The translations under genes were made by a program, and so were the position numbers. From assembly GCA_965205025.1 (NCBI GenBank), contig CBDBFU010000009.1, positions 64,001 through 128,000 of the forward strand: 64,000 bases of DNA. Reading direction: 5' to 3'. Numbering within the stretch: position 1 is the stretch's first letter; each line of letters starts with the position of its first letter. Below, piece by piece: positions 21,233 through 31,317 of the stretch. Under the pieces are notes generated by a model that saw only the letters and a program-made list of their open reading frames with translations, was not told the DNA's origin and ran no database searches. This DNA comes from Candidatus Poribacteria bacterium (GTDB taxonomy: Bacteria; Poribacteria; WGA-4E; WGA-3G).

Positions 21233-21915
21233 AAAGTTCACCTTGTGCAGATTGCAGATGGGTTGAAGGTTTTACTATCGGACTTTCGTAACAACTAATT
21301 GACAGTATACCGATCGGATAACAATATTCACGACAACAGATACTGATTTCTACTGAATGCGTTTTATTCAATGCTGTTGTATGAGTTTCTAACATACTTT
21401 GATTTATAGGAATGGTGACTCGTTTTGAATTGTGAAATGGATGGCGTATTCGTTCTCACATCCAATAATTGTGACTCTACTTACCCTAAGATATTAAGGA
21501 TACGGATCACTATATACAGATGTCTATTGATAGGAAGACACGCTATTGACGGTAACATGTTCAAGGCGCGAAAAGACACTTGACTACACACCACTTTTAA
21601 ATAACATGCAAGTCAAGTACTGGATATTCTTTGACACTACCGCAATCAATTATAGACATCCCTTGTTTAGATACAAAAACAGTTGCCAATATATCAAAGA
21701 AGGTGTATACTTCACTAAACTAAAGCGACTCTAACTTCAAGGCTAATACTTATTTACCTTCTTAAGGCGTAACGTAACATTATACATTAATATCTATAGA
21801 AATGTCAAGGAAATTGTGGATAATTGTGTCTAATTTACATTACTTATATTTTAGATGTTCATTTTCAATAAAGGTTTAAAGCATTCAATTAAAATACCTT
21901 ACTGTAACTTACATT

Positions 21916-22452
21916 ATGGGAATCCTAATAGAGCATCATCCTGTCAAAACAATTATCGCAGTATTAACCTCTGAACCCTCCCTATTGCCCACCGTTTATC
22001 AACACCTGACAGACGAATTAGGAGAAATTGACTATACCAGTAAACTAATTCCATTTAATAGTACAACTTACTATGAAGTAGAGCTGGGGAAAGAAATACA
22101 GAGACAATTTATTAGTTTTGAGAAATTAATGGATGCTGGTGCATTAGCAGATAGAAAACTCTTTACAAACAGTATTGAACAGCTATTCGTTCGTGAAAAC
22201 ACACAACACCGTAGAGTAAATTTAGATATTGGTTATGTCTGTATGGCAAAGTTAATCCTTGCATCAACAAAAGATCACGCTCACCGTATTTATCTTCGTA
22301 ATGGAATTTTTGCAGAGATGACCCTTCGTTTTTACCAAAAGACATTTCAAGCATGGGAATGGACTTATCCTGATTACCGATCACAAACTTATATTGCTAT
22401 CTTTAATCATATTCGCAAAATCTATAGGAAGCAACTTGAGAATCAAACATAG
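21916..22452 (+). CDS. DUF4416-like protein
   Basis: TTYYEVELG, RRVNLDIGY, LASTKDHAHRIYL..GIFAE, WTYPDY pattern. Confidence 0.75.
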   Translation: MGILIEHHPVKTIIAVLTSEPSLLPTVYQHLTDELGEIDYTSKLIPFNSTTYYEVELGKEIQRQFISFEKLMDAGALADRKLFTNSIEQLFVRENTQHRRVNLDIGYVCMAKLILASTKDHAHRIYLRNGIFAEMTLRFYQKTFQAWEWTYPDYRSQTYIAIFNHIRKIYRKQLENQT

Positions 22453-22488
22453 AATTAATGCTAATTTAAAAGACTGAATATATTAGCT

Positions 22489-23637
22489 ATGATATATAAC
22501 CCACTGCGATATTACATTATATTGTATCTTACGATCTGTGTATTTTGTACTCAGTTCCTGAATATCTCTACTTCTCAGGATATAGATCCACCTCGTCTAC
22601 GAGCGCGTGAACTTGGAATCACTATCGGTTCACTCCCTACTGGTGAACACAATGCAATTACCGATATTCCAGGGGTAAAAGTGGGACATGTCACTTTAAA
22701 CAAAGGTGATTCAATTCGTACAGGGGTAACCGCTATTCTTCCGCATGATGATATATGGAAGGCACGTCTTTTTGGTGCAGCACATACTATTCATGGCAAT
22801 GGGGAAGCTACGGGTATTGCACGGATCAACCAAGCAGGATGGATTGAGTCCCCTATTTTACTGACGAATACTCTCAGTGTGGGTGCTGTCCACGATGGAG
22901 TTGTTCGATATATTGTAGAGCGATATCCCGATGATAACATAATCCTACCTATTGTTGCTGAATGTTATGATGGTGGATTGAACGATATTAGTGGACTTCA
23001 TGTAAAACCGGAACATGCAATTGAAGCTATACAAAAAGCAAAATCAGGACCTGTAGTAGAGGGATGCGTCGGAGGTGGTACAGGTATGCGATGCTATGGA
23101 TTCAAAGCCGGTATTGGTACCGCATCACGTGTACTGCCTCAGAACAGGGGAGGATGGAAAGTCGGTGTACTGGTAAACTCTAATGGTGGAAGGCGACATC
23201 AATTACGTATAGACGGTGTACCTGTGGGGACTGCGTTAGAAGATATGCAATTAAAACCGGGTAGAGATGGATCCTTTATAATTGTAATTGCCACAGATGC
23301 TCCTTTAACACACCGACAATTAAAACAGTTGTCTATTCGTGCGACACATGGTTTAGCTCGAACTGGAACACCGAGTACAGATGGTAGTGGGGAATTTGTA
23401 ATTGCATTTTCAACTGCTAATGTCTTTCCACGAAGTACTGATAACGGCACATTCAAAATTGATATGGTTGTCAATTGGCAGTTGAGTACACTTTTTCAGG
23501 CAGTTATTGAAGCAACAGAGGAAGCGGTTATTAATTCTATGACAATGGCAACCACAACAACAGGTCGTGGTGGTCGCACTATGCCTGCGATTCCATTGGA
23601 TCAATTGAAGCACGTGATGAAACAGTATGGTCGTTGA
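22489..23637 (+). CDS. P1/S58 family aminopeptidase (DmpA-like), N-terminal signal
   Basis: NAITDIPGVKVGH, LTNTLSVG, GGGTGM, ATDAP, GSGE autocleavage site. Confidence 0.9.
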   Translation: MIYNPLRYYIILYLTICVFCTQFLNISTSQDIDPPRLRARELGITIGSLPTGEHNAITDIPGVKVGHVTLNKGDSIRTGVTAILPHDDIWKARLFGAAHTIHGNGEATGIARINQAGWIESPILLTNTLSVGAVHDGVVRYIVERYPDDNIILPIVAECYDGGLNDISGLHVKPEHAIEAIQKAKSGPVVEGCVGGGTGMRCYGFKAGIGTASRVLPQNRGGWKVGVLVNSNGGRRHQLRIDGVPVGTALEDMQLKPGRDGSFIIVIATDAPLTHRQLKQLSIRATHGLARTGTPSTDGSGEFVIAFSTANVFPRSTDNGTFKIDMVVNWQLSTLFQAVIEATEEAVINSMTMATTTTGRGGRTMPAIPLDQLKHVMKQYGR

Positions 23638-23750
23638 GTTTTAATTGCATCGACTATTTCTCTCAGACTTATCCATATTAGATAAAATAACGTGAGTTTG
23701 GCAAATCAGATCACAAATAATACAACTTATCAAACTCAGGAGAACTCCTA

Positions 23751-25145
23751 ATGGAAAATCGTTATCTTTTTTTAGATCTGCATAACATCACACGGATTGA
23801 AGGTCTATATCGTAAAATGCATCAACCCCAACGGCATCCTGAAAATCCGATATTGCAAGGTGAAAACCCATGGGAAAGTGTCGCATCACTATATGGTACC
23901 ACACTATACGATCCACAAGATTCGTTATTTAAGATGTGGTATCTCACCGGACCTTATGTTGATGGTATGGTGCAGGTTCGGGAACGTCAGGCACTTGGGA
24001 ATATCACTCTCCTTGGATATGCGACATCAACGGATGGAATTCATTGGGAAAAACCTACACTTAATCAAGTTGATTTCAATGGAAGTACAGCAAACAATCT
24101 TATTGATGTTGGACGTACAAACTGTGAAGGTATGGCTGTTCTGTATGATGAAAATGAGACAGATCCTGACCGCCGCTATAAAGGTTTTTACTGGGAACAC
24201 GGTGGAGTTGATGTATTCATCAAACATACTGATGGACGTACGTTATGGGGACAAGGAGATGGGGATGGTATGTGGATGTCCTTTTCACCGGATGGTGTTC
24301 ATTGGACTGACTATGAAGACAATCCCGTCATTCCACTTGGGAGTGATTCTACACAATCCTTGGTATGGGATCCAAATATACAAAAGTATGTCGTGTTTGG
24401 TCGATTCGGAGCTGGCGGTCGAAAAACTGCACGGGCAGAAAGTAATGACTGTATTCACTTCAGTGAACCTAAACTTGTTCTGGAATGTGATGAATTCGAT
24501 GAAGGTGGAACTCAGATTTACGGTATGCCGATAAATATCTACGAAGGTGTTTATATCGGTATGATTTGGATTTATCGTGAAGGTGTTGATGGCACTATTG
24601 ACACATCATTGGCTACCAGTCGTGATGGAATTAAATGGCAGAGAGTCTTAGATCGCCAAACTTTCCTAACGCTTGGAGAGAAAGGTAGTTGGGAGGATGG
24701 AATGGCTCGTATCAGTCAAAATTTCATCGTCTACAACGACCAGATTTACCTCTATTACGGTGGTGTGAATGGTCCTCATACAGGAAGCAAATTCAAACAG
24801 GTTGAACGAAAGTTTAAATCGATGTTAGGTCTTGCGACTTTACGGCGTGATGGATTCGTCTCACTTGATGCTGGGGCAGAAGAGGGAATGATGCTGACGA
24901 AACCGTTGACATTAGCCGGAAAAGATTTACATCTGAATGTTGATGCCAGAAAAGGTTATGTTGTCGTTGCAGTCACGGATGATCTGGGAACACCACTGGA
25001 GAATTATTTCTCAAGACCGATTGTTGTTGATTCAGTAGACACCATAGTGGAATTTGGACATTCTCTCGAATCTTTAACAGGAAGGGAAGTCAGATTACAG
25101 TTCCAACTAAGAGATGCCAGTCTCTTTTCATATTGGTTTGAATAG
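23751..25145 (+). CDS. putative glycoside hydrolase-like beta-propeller protein
   Basis: Repeated S.DG.HW Asp-box-like motifs; C-terminal LRRDGFVSL and beta-sandwich-like tail. Confidence 0.65.
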   Translation: MENRYLFLDLHNITRIEGLYRKMHQPQRHPENPILQGENPWESVASLYGTTLYDPQDSLFKMWYLTGPYVDGMVQVRERQALGNITLLGYATSTDGIHWEKPTLNQVDFNGSTANNLIDVGRTNCEGMAVLYDENETDPDRRYKGFYWEHGGVDVFIKHTDGRTLWGQGDGDGMWMSFSPDGVHWTDYEDNPVIPLGSDSTQSLVWDPNIQKYVVFGRFGAGGRKTARAESNDCIHFSEPKLVLECDEFDEGGTQIYGMPINIYEGVYIGMIWIYREGVDGTIDTSLATSRDGIKWQRVLDRQTFLTLGEKGSWEDGMARISQNFIVYNDQIYLYYGGVNGPHTGSKFKQVERKFKSMLGLATLRRDGFVSLDAGAEEGMMLTKPLTLAGKDLHLNVDARKGYVVVAVTDDLGTPLENYFSRPIVVDSVDTIVEFGHSLESLTGREVRLQFQLRDASLFSYWFE

Positions 25146-25234
25146 GTGACCAAGGAATTGATTGACATCTGACACAATCTTGTGTTACCCTTCAAATTGA
25201 CAACAGCATCTCCATTCGTCCGTAAGGTTTAACC

Positions 25235-25675
25235 ATGAAAGATAAAATTTCCGATAATACTTCACACATAGACAGTTTGCCTGAAGATAATCAAGAACCA
25301 GAAGAAATAGGCAAAATTAAACTTCTGGATGTCGTTGCGCTTACAGAAGATATCCCTGAACATAATCTTAAGCGTGGAGAAGTCGGCACAGTCGTTGAAA
25401 TCCTTGCGAACGGTGAAGCATTCGAGGTTGAATTCAGCGATGAAAATGGACAAATGTATAAGTGTACCAGTTTTCTTGCATCTCAACTCACGTTATTACA
25501 AAACAGACCGAGAAAAAAGAATGCCGCTGCACAACGTCTCATCAAAGCGATGGCAAAACTGCCGCATCTCACCGATGAAGACATTGAAGCACTGAATCAG
25601 TCAATAAAAGAGGGAAAGATACCTGTAAGTTTTGATTCACTTTTCGACCTTGATGAAGACGAAGTCAATGAATAA
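25235..25675 (+). CDS. DUF4926-like domain protein with acidic helical C-terminal extension
   Basis: LLDVVALTEDIP..L.RGEVGTVVE..FEVEFSDENG. Confidence 0.75.
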   Translation: MKDKISDNTSHIDSLPEDNQEPEEIGKIKLLDVVALTEDIPEHNLKRGEVGTVVEILANGEAFEVEFSDENGQMYKCTSFLASQLTLLQNRPRKKNAAAQRLIKAMAKLPHLTDEDIEALNQSIKEGKIPVSFDSLFDLDEDEVNE

Positions 25676-25809
25676 ATCAGAAAAAACAGACTTAAGATTT
25701 GCGGTAGTTGGAGAAGCTGCAGCGCAAAACCGCCGTGAATTGGGTACTTCTGTACCCGAAGAAGGTGCGGTATTTCATACTTCAACCTAAAATGGAGAAT
25801 GAGAAATGA
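25668..25809 (+). pseudogene. possible stub of a sensor histidine kinase (C-terminal remnant, frameshifted)
   Basis: MNKSEKTDLRFAVVGEAAAQNRRELGTSVPEEGA then +1 frame YFILQPKMENEK*, whose TGA overlaps the receiver gene start (ATGA). Resembles an HATPase tail from recollection. Confidence 0.4.
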
Positions 25810-26483
25810 ATACGATGAAAATCTTGTTTGTCGAAGATGGAAAAGGTGAACAACAGAACTTTATAAATGTCGTGGATTTTTTCAATAAAAAATACAATAT
25901 GACCGTTGAACCTGATATAGCAGAGAGCACTTCGAGTGCATTGGATAAGATAGACAGTTCATACAATGGTGCAATTATTGACATGAAACCAGGCAATGAT
26001 TATGAAAGGGGAAATGAAATTGTTCGCCAATTAGTATATCGGGATATCAAAGTCCCAATTATCTTTGTCACAACCTACCCTGACTCTATTCAGGCGCATC
26101 CATTGATTATCAAGAAACGCTGCCGTGACACCGACACTTATGAATCGGATCTTCTATTGTTTCAGGAAAGATTCAACGCGGGGCGGAATCCAAAAGAGAT
26201 AACACAAACCTATACAGCGCTTATAAGGCAGAGCGAAGAGTGGTGGATTGGGTGGATATTGGAAGTCCGAGGTGTTACATGCCAAGAACGAACAAGAAGC
26301 GAATTGTTAGATACACTGCAAATCACACTTCGTGAGATGTTAGAATTTGACAAGATGGAAGTGTGTCGTCGAACTGAAAATGAAACGGCGGAGATAAAGG
26401 CTTCTGACATTTTGGAATTCGGTGTGCCGGGAGCATTAGACCAAACTGAAAGTGGGTTTGAGGAAGTAAGAATTGATGTATGA
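25806..26483 (+). CDS. response-regulator receiver domain fused to HicB-like antitoxin
   Basis: N-terminal ILFVED..AIIDMK..GNEIV..PIIFVT; C-terminal YTALIRQSEEWWIGWILEVRGVTCQERTRSELL. Confidence 0.75.
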   Translation: MNTMKILFVEDGKGEQQNFINVVDFFNKKYNMTVEPDIAESTSSALDKIDSSYNGAIIDMKPGNDYERGNEIVRQLVYRDIKVPIIFVTTYPDSIQAHPLIIKKRCRDTDTYESDLLLFQERFNAGRNPKEITQTYTALIRQSEEWWIGWILEVRGVTCQERTRSELLDTLQITLREMLEFDKMEVCRRTENETAEIKASDILEFGVPGALDQTESGFEEVRIDV

Positions 26484-26665
26484 AACGAAGGGTTTTGCTT
26501 AAGCATCTTAGAAATCACGGATGCGAATTTCTCCGAGAAGGTAGTAATCACACAATATGGTGGAATCCTGAACTGAACATCCGCGTATCAATACCGAGAC
26601 ACACCGAGATTAATAGAATTACCGCTCAGAAAATCTGCAAGGACTTGGAAATTCCGCGTCCATGA
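26480..26665 (+). CDS. hicA: HicA family toxin
   Basis: MKRR.LLKHL...GCEFLREGSNH..W...IPRH.EI....ICKDL; ATGA overlap with upstream gene. Confidence 0.9.
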   Translation: MKRRVLLKHLRNHGCEFLREGSNHTIWWNPELNIRVSIPRHTEINRITAQKICKDLEIPRP

Positions 26666-26734
26666 TCTCAACACATTCTATATTAATGTTCATTTGTGAT
26701 AAAATACACTTGCATACTTTTTCAACGGAACCTT

Positions 26735-27055
26735 ATGCCCACACTTGAATTCAAAGGAAAACAACACATCTACGCGCACCACCTCACCGTACCCTACCGA
26801 CCCCTAAAAACAGACAAATCCCGCTCCTGCAACCCAATTGAAGAAGATGACAACCTCATTATCCACGGCGACAACCTACACGCCCTCAAGGCATTACTCC
26901 CCCGCTACGCAAATCGAATCAAATGTATCTACATTGACCCGCCCTACAACACTGGCAACGAAGGATGGATTTACAACGACAACGGGAACTTACGGGGATG
27001 GGTATTATCTTCTGTCAACTCCCCGATGCTCTGCATGAAAGGTGATCCACTCTAA
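26735..27055 (+). pseudogene. mod: type III R-M methyltransferase (Mod), N-terminal fragment only
   Basis: MPTLEFKGK, NLIIHGDNLHALKALLP, IYIDPPYNTGNEGW; stops after 106 aa with no FxGSG motif. Confidence 0.85.
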
Positions 27056-27059
27056 TATC

Positions 27060-27977
27060 TTATAATGTTTGTAATGCATTTTGGATTCGACTCTCAAGCA
27101 AACTATTACCAACATCTTGTGTTTGTCTTAATGCTATATTTAAATCATCTTTAGCATTCTTCTTATCACCCAAATATCTTTTAATTATTGCACGAGCATA
27201 GTAGGCATCTGGATAATTGTTATCATTAAGAGAAATCGCCATGTTGAAGTCTCGGATAGCTTCATCATAATTTCTGAGTCTGTTTTTAACGAGCCCGCGT
27301 TCATAGTACATTTTAGCATCTTCTGAATCTAATTCTATAGCTTTGTCAAAATCCGAAAGTGCATCTTCAGGATGCCCTAATTTTTCCTTTGCTATTCCTC
27401 TATCAAAGTATGCTTCAGCCAGATTAGGCTTTATACTGATTGCTTTATCAAAATCATAAATTGCTTCAAAATATTTCTTTAATTCTTTCTTTACATTTCC
27501 CCTGAGAAAGTATGCTGAAGCATAGTTATTTTCTTTAGCAATTGCTTTATCAAAATCTTTAATCGCTTTTTGATGTTCTCCACGTTTGCGGTTAGCAACT
27601 GCTCGGTTATAGTAAGTTGATGCGTTGTTTGGATCTAATGCTATAGCTTTATCAAAGTCCTTAATAGCTTTTTTTGGATGATTTAGTTTACCTTTAGCAA
27701 TACCTCGGTAATAGTAACCGTCTGCCTTGTTAGGATCTATATTGAGTGCTTCATTAAAATCTGTAAGTGCTTCAAAATACCTTTGGCAAGCCTCCTTTGC
27801 TCTTCCTCTGAGTATATAGGCATCAACTAATTCCGCTGAAGTAGGGTTTTGTTCAATTGCTTTATCACATAACAAAATTGTATCTTCATATCTATCTTGA
27901 TGAAATACTGTTGAACCTTTATGAAGACATCCTGCAGCGGATTCTGGCACTTCAATCGGAGTGGTAACGTTTTCCAT
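27060..27977 (-). CDS. tetratricopeptide repeat protein
   Basis: About 8 TPRs (AY..RG.AK..L.....A..DFDKAI). Confidence 0.92.
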   Translation of the reverse strand: MENVTTPIEVPESAAGCLHKGSTVFHQDRYEDTILLCDKAIEQNPTSAELVDAYILRGRAKEACQRYFEALTDFNEALNIDPNKADGYYYRGIAKGKLNHPKKAIKDFDKAIALDPNNASTYYNRAVANRKRGEHQKAIKDFDKAIAKENNYASAYFLRGNVKKELKKYFEAIYDFDKAISIKPNLAEAYFDRGIAKEKLGHPEDALSDFDKAIELDSEDAKMYYERGLVKNRLRNYDEAIRDFNMAISLNDNNYPDAYYARAIIKRYLGDKKNAKDDLNIALRQTQDVGNSLLESRIQNALQTL

Positions 27978-28068
27978 TAAGAAGATCCTCCTTTAACCTG
28001 ATATTCGTACCTTATAGCGTTATTGTACCTAAAATATCGGTATAGTGTCAAATCTGAAATCAAGATAT

Positions 28069-28097
28069 TTGACAGTTGACTTTTTCTATGCTATAAC
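28069..28097 (+). promoter_or_regulatory. sigma70-type promoter of hicB-hicA-res
   Basis: TTGACA-N17-TATAAC with extended TG. Confidence 0.65.
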
Positions 28098-28158
28098 ATA
28101 ATCAGAGAGGATAAACACTTCTGGAATCTAAGTTAAATATCCACAACGGAGACATCAG

Positions 28159-28482
28159 ATGAAAACGCAAGAAACCCATGATTTCAGTCATGGAGGAATC
28201 AGGAATTTAGTAGTAACAGAAGAAATATGGAAAGAAGGGAATATGTACACCGCCTATTGCCCGGAACTGGACATTGCAAGTTGTGGAAACGACATTGAAG
28301 AAGCACGCAAAAACCTGCTTGAAGTTATTGAAATTCAGTTAGAAGAAACAGCACAACTCGGAACCCTTAGAACCTTTTTAGAAGATGCGGGATATGATTT
28401 GGATACTTCACAACTCACCCTTCAACTTGACAAACAAGTCGTCTCCTTCAATCAACTTACTGTGACACTTGGAGACATATAA
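28159..28482 (+). CDS. hicB: HicB family antitoxin
   Basis: WKEGNMYTAYCPELDIASCG..IEEARKNL.E.IE. Confidence 0.85.
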   Translation: MKTQETHDFSHGGIRNLVVTEEIWKEGNMYTAYCPELDIASCGNDIEEARKNLLEVIEIQLEETAQLGTLRTFLEDAGYDLDTSQLTLQLDKQVVSFNQLTVTLGDI

Positions 28483-28711
28483 TGCCTAAAATTTCGCCGA
28501 CAGACTGGCGAACACAAGTTAGGGTATTTGACCATTTTGGGTGTCAATTCGTTAGACAAAGGGATCACATCTCATCTATCACCATCCTGATGTCACATGT
28601 GCTGTAGTTATTCTGCGCTATGAAGAGGTCCCAGTCACCATCATCAAGAATAATATGCGAACTGTTAACCTGAGCAGAGAGGAATTTTTTGGGCTGCTCA
28701 TAGAAGTCTAA
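28482..28711 (+). pseudogene. hicA: HicA family toxin with 1-nt frameshift (real or sequencing error)
   Basis: MPKISPTDWRTQVRVFDHFGCQFVRQ / GSHLIYHHPDVTCAVVILRYEEVPVTIIKNNMRTVNLSREEF; one base missing near 28560. Confidence 0.75.
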
Positions 28712-28733
28712 ACTTGCCTATACACATATATCC

Positions 28734-31292
28734 ATGTTGGAATTAAAAGTATATCAACGCAACGCACTTGACGCTTTTAGCCGTTGGTTAGAAACACTTG
28801 AAGACACACAATATGAATTGGAAACGATGGTTGAGATGCTTAGCCAGTCATCAACAGATATTCCAATTCCCGATGAATTACGCAATTATCCGAAAGCAGC
28901 GTGGAAAAAGTTAAAAGAAAACGATGACGTTGCAGCATCTGCAGGCGAATACGTTGACCGTACAGATGACGCAAATCGACCAATTCCGCATATCTGCTTT
29001 AAAGTGCCGACAGGTGGTGGTAAAACCCTACTTGCTGCCGCTGCGTTAGAACATATCCCTTGGCAACGTGGTTTGGTATTGTGGATTGTACCGACCAAGG
29101 CTATTTACGCGCAAACAAAAGCTGCCTTGTGGAATAAGGAACATCCTTACCGAAAAATGTTGCAACGGGCAGCTGCAGGAAGAGTCAAAATGCTGGAAAA
29201 AGAGGATACCTTTAGCAGAGATGATATAGCAAACTATTTGTGCGTCATGCTACTGATGTTACCAGCAGCAAATCGTCAAAGAGGCAGGGAATTTCTACGA
29301 ATGTTTAAGGATAGTGGACGCTATCCCAGTTTTTTCCCCGATAGTGATGACATCTTTGGCGATACCTCCTTGCGAAACGAATATCCTGATCTGGAAACTG
29401 AAAATGAAGGTGGACACGTCAAACAGAGTCTATTTAACGTGTTCAAGATGTTGCGTCCTATCGTTGTTTTAGACGAGGCACATAAGGCGTATGGTGCAAG
29501 GAGGCAAGAAGCGAATGTAGAATTTGCGCGATCTATCAGCCGTCTCGACCCGCGTATGGTGATTGAACTTTCCGCGACACCGAACCGTGGCATTAGTAAT
29601 CTGCTTGTTGATATTGAAGGTCCTGACCTGAAAAAAGAGGAGATGATAAAGTTACCGGTGCAGGTAACTTCATTTCCAAACGCAGAGTGGGAATTAACGC
29701 TTGGGCAAGCAGCAGATGAACTTGAAAGGCTTAACACAGAGGCAAGGGCATTTGAGAGCAATACAGGTCGATATATCCGTCCGATTGCCGTTGTCCGTGT
29801 TGAGCGTACAGGGAAAGATCAGCGCGATAGTGATCACATTCATGCGGAAGATGTGCGGGAATATCTCACCCAAAATCTGCACGTACCATCCGATGCGGTT
29901 CGCGTCAAATCTGCCGAAAACGATGAACTTGGACGAGAAGATCTGCTTTCGGAATTTTCTAAGGTGCGTTGGATCATCACAAAATCCGCACTTATGGAAG
30001 GTTGGGATTGTCCGTTTGCATATCTACTGGTAATGCTGGATAATACGCAAGCACAAAGGGCAATTACGCAACTGGTAGGACGTGTGATGCGTCAACCACA
30101 CGCACAGCTAACTGGTAGAGAATCACTGGATCAATGCTATGTCTATTGCAACAACACCGATGTGGCTACTGTTGTTCAGCAAGTTAAACACGGGTTGGAA
30201 TCGGAAGGACTCACTGGCTTGGGTGATGAAGTCATGGGTGCGTCAGGGGCACAGCAGCAAGACGATATACAACCCAAAAAAGTGAAACGACGTCAAGAAT
30301 TTCGGAGTCAAGATATCTATCTGCCAGTTGTGCTACATAAAAATAGTGATGATTGGATCCACCTCAATTATCAGACGCATATCTTACCAAATATAGATTG
30401 GGCAGCTATTGAACCACCGGATCCAAATGCATCCACTCCTCAGAATGTAAGACGACAATCTGCTACGGTTGACGTGGGTGAAGAATTACCTGTTTTTCAT
30501 ACCGAACAAGAACCGTACGTTGAAAAGAGGGTTAGCATTGCCGACTTTGCACATCGCTTGTCGGATATTGTACCGAACCTGTGGCAAGCAGCACGCATTG
30601 CACATGAGATGAGTAAACGACTCATAGCAGAAGGTGAAACCGAGGCGGATATTTACGATAGACGTTCTTACCTTGCACATGTGTTGCGGGAACACGTAAA
30701 AAGCGAAGTTGAAAATCAAGCAGAGCAGGTCTTTCGCAGAAAACTTGAACACGGTGAAATCCGTTTTGACTTGGAAACAAAAGAACTCAATTATCGAATG
30801 GTAGATAAATATGAAATACAGGTCAGTCCTGATAATGATAACCCGCTTTTGAACAATTTTGAGCCAGTACAATTAAGCCTATTTGAACCTGTATTTGAGA
30901 AACAGTTTGATAGTGAATTGGAAAAGCAATTTGCTTACTATCTTGATGAAGAACGGGCATTGCGATGGTGGTATCGAGTAGCAGCACGCCAACGTGGCGA
31001 GTATTATTTGCAAGGATGGAAACGGGGTCGTATTTATCCTGATTTCGTAGCGATGACAAACGAAATCGCAGGCGTGACACGTGTGTTAATTTTTGATACA
31101 AAGGGTCAGCATCTCGGTGGTAACCTTGACACTGAATATAAACGTAAAGTGTTGGAAACACTTGAGGGAGCATTTAATGCTGCGGGGACTATGATTGTGC
31201 GGGATGGTTCCAGATGGAAAGGTATTTTTCAACTGGTATTCAATGATCAAGAGTTTTTGGAAATAACGGCACGTCTGAATGATGGTGGATAA
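28734..31292 (+). CDS. res: type III restriction endonuclease Res subunit (SF2 helicase + PD-(D/E)xK)
   Basis: KVPTGGGKT, VLDEAH, ELSATP, LMEGWDCP, QLVGRVMR, YPDF..FDTKG. Confidence 0.9.
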   Translation: MLELKVYQRNALDAFSRWLETLEDTQYELETMVEMLSQSSTDIPIPDELRNYPKAAWKKLKENDDVAASAGEYVDRTDDANRPIPHICFKVPTGGGKTLLAAAALEHIPWQRGLVLWIVPTKAIYAQTKAALWNKEHPYRKMLQRAAAGRVKMLEKEDTFSRDDIANYLCVMLLMLPAANRQRGREFLRMFKDSGRYPSFFPDSDDIFGDTSLRNEYPDLETENEGGHVKQSLFNVFKMLRPIVVLDEAHKAYGARRQEANVEFARSISRLDPRMVIELSATPNRGISNLLVDIEGPDLKKEEMIKLPVQVTSFPNAEWELTLGQAADELERLNTEARAFESNTGRYIRPIAVVRVERTGKDQRDSDHIHAEDVREYLTQNLHVPSDAVRVKSAENDELGREDLLSEFSKVRWIITKSALMEGWDCPFAYLLVMLDNTQAQRAITQLVGRVMRQPHAQLTGRESLDQCYVYCNNTDVATVVQQVKHGLESEGLTGLGDEVMGASGAQQQDDIQPKKVKRRQEFRSQDIYLPVVLHKNSDDWIHLNYQTHILPNIDWAAIEPPDPNASTPQNVRRQSATVDVGEELPVFHTEQEPYVEKRVSIADFAHRLSDIVPNLWQAARIAHEMSKRLIAEGETEADIYDRRSYLAHVLREHVKSEVENQAEQVFRRKLEHGEIRFDLETKELNYRMVDKYEIQVSPDNDNPLLNNFEPVQLSLFEPVFEKQFDSELEKQFAYYLDEERALRWWYRVAARQRGEYYLQGWKRGRIYPDFVAMTNEIAGVTRVLIFDTKGQHLGGNLDTEYKRKVLETLEGAFNAAGTMIVRDGSRWKGIFQLVFNDQEFLEITARLNDGG

Positions 31293-31317
31293 CCTACAAA
31301 AATTAGTATTGTAACGT
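31140..31317 (+). repeat. 178-bp direct repeat copy 1 (3' end of res plus flank)
   Basis: Aligns without gaps to 33293..33470. Confidence 0.95.

Noticed and set aside
23797-24534. 245-aa overlapping ORF, and other antisense or overlapping ORFs across the window
   Set aside because: Alternative-frame shadows of well-supported genes, with no independent motifs.
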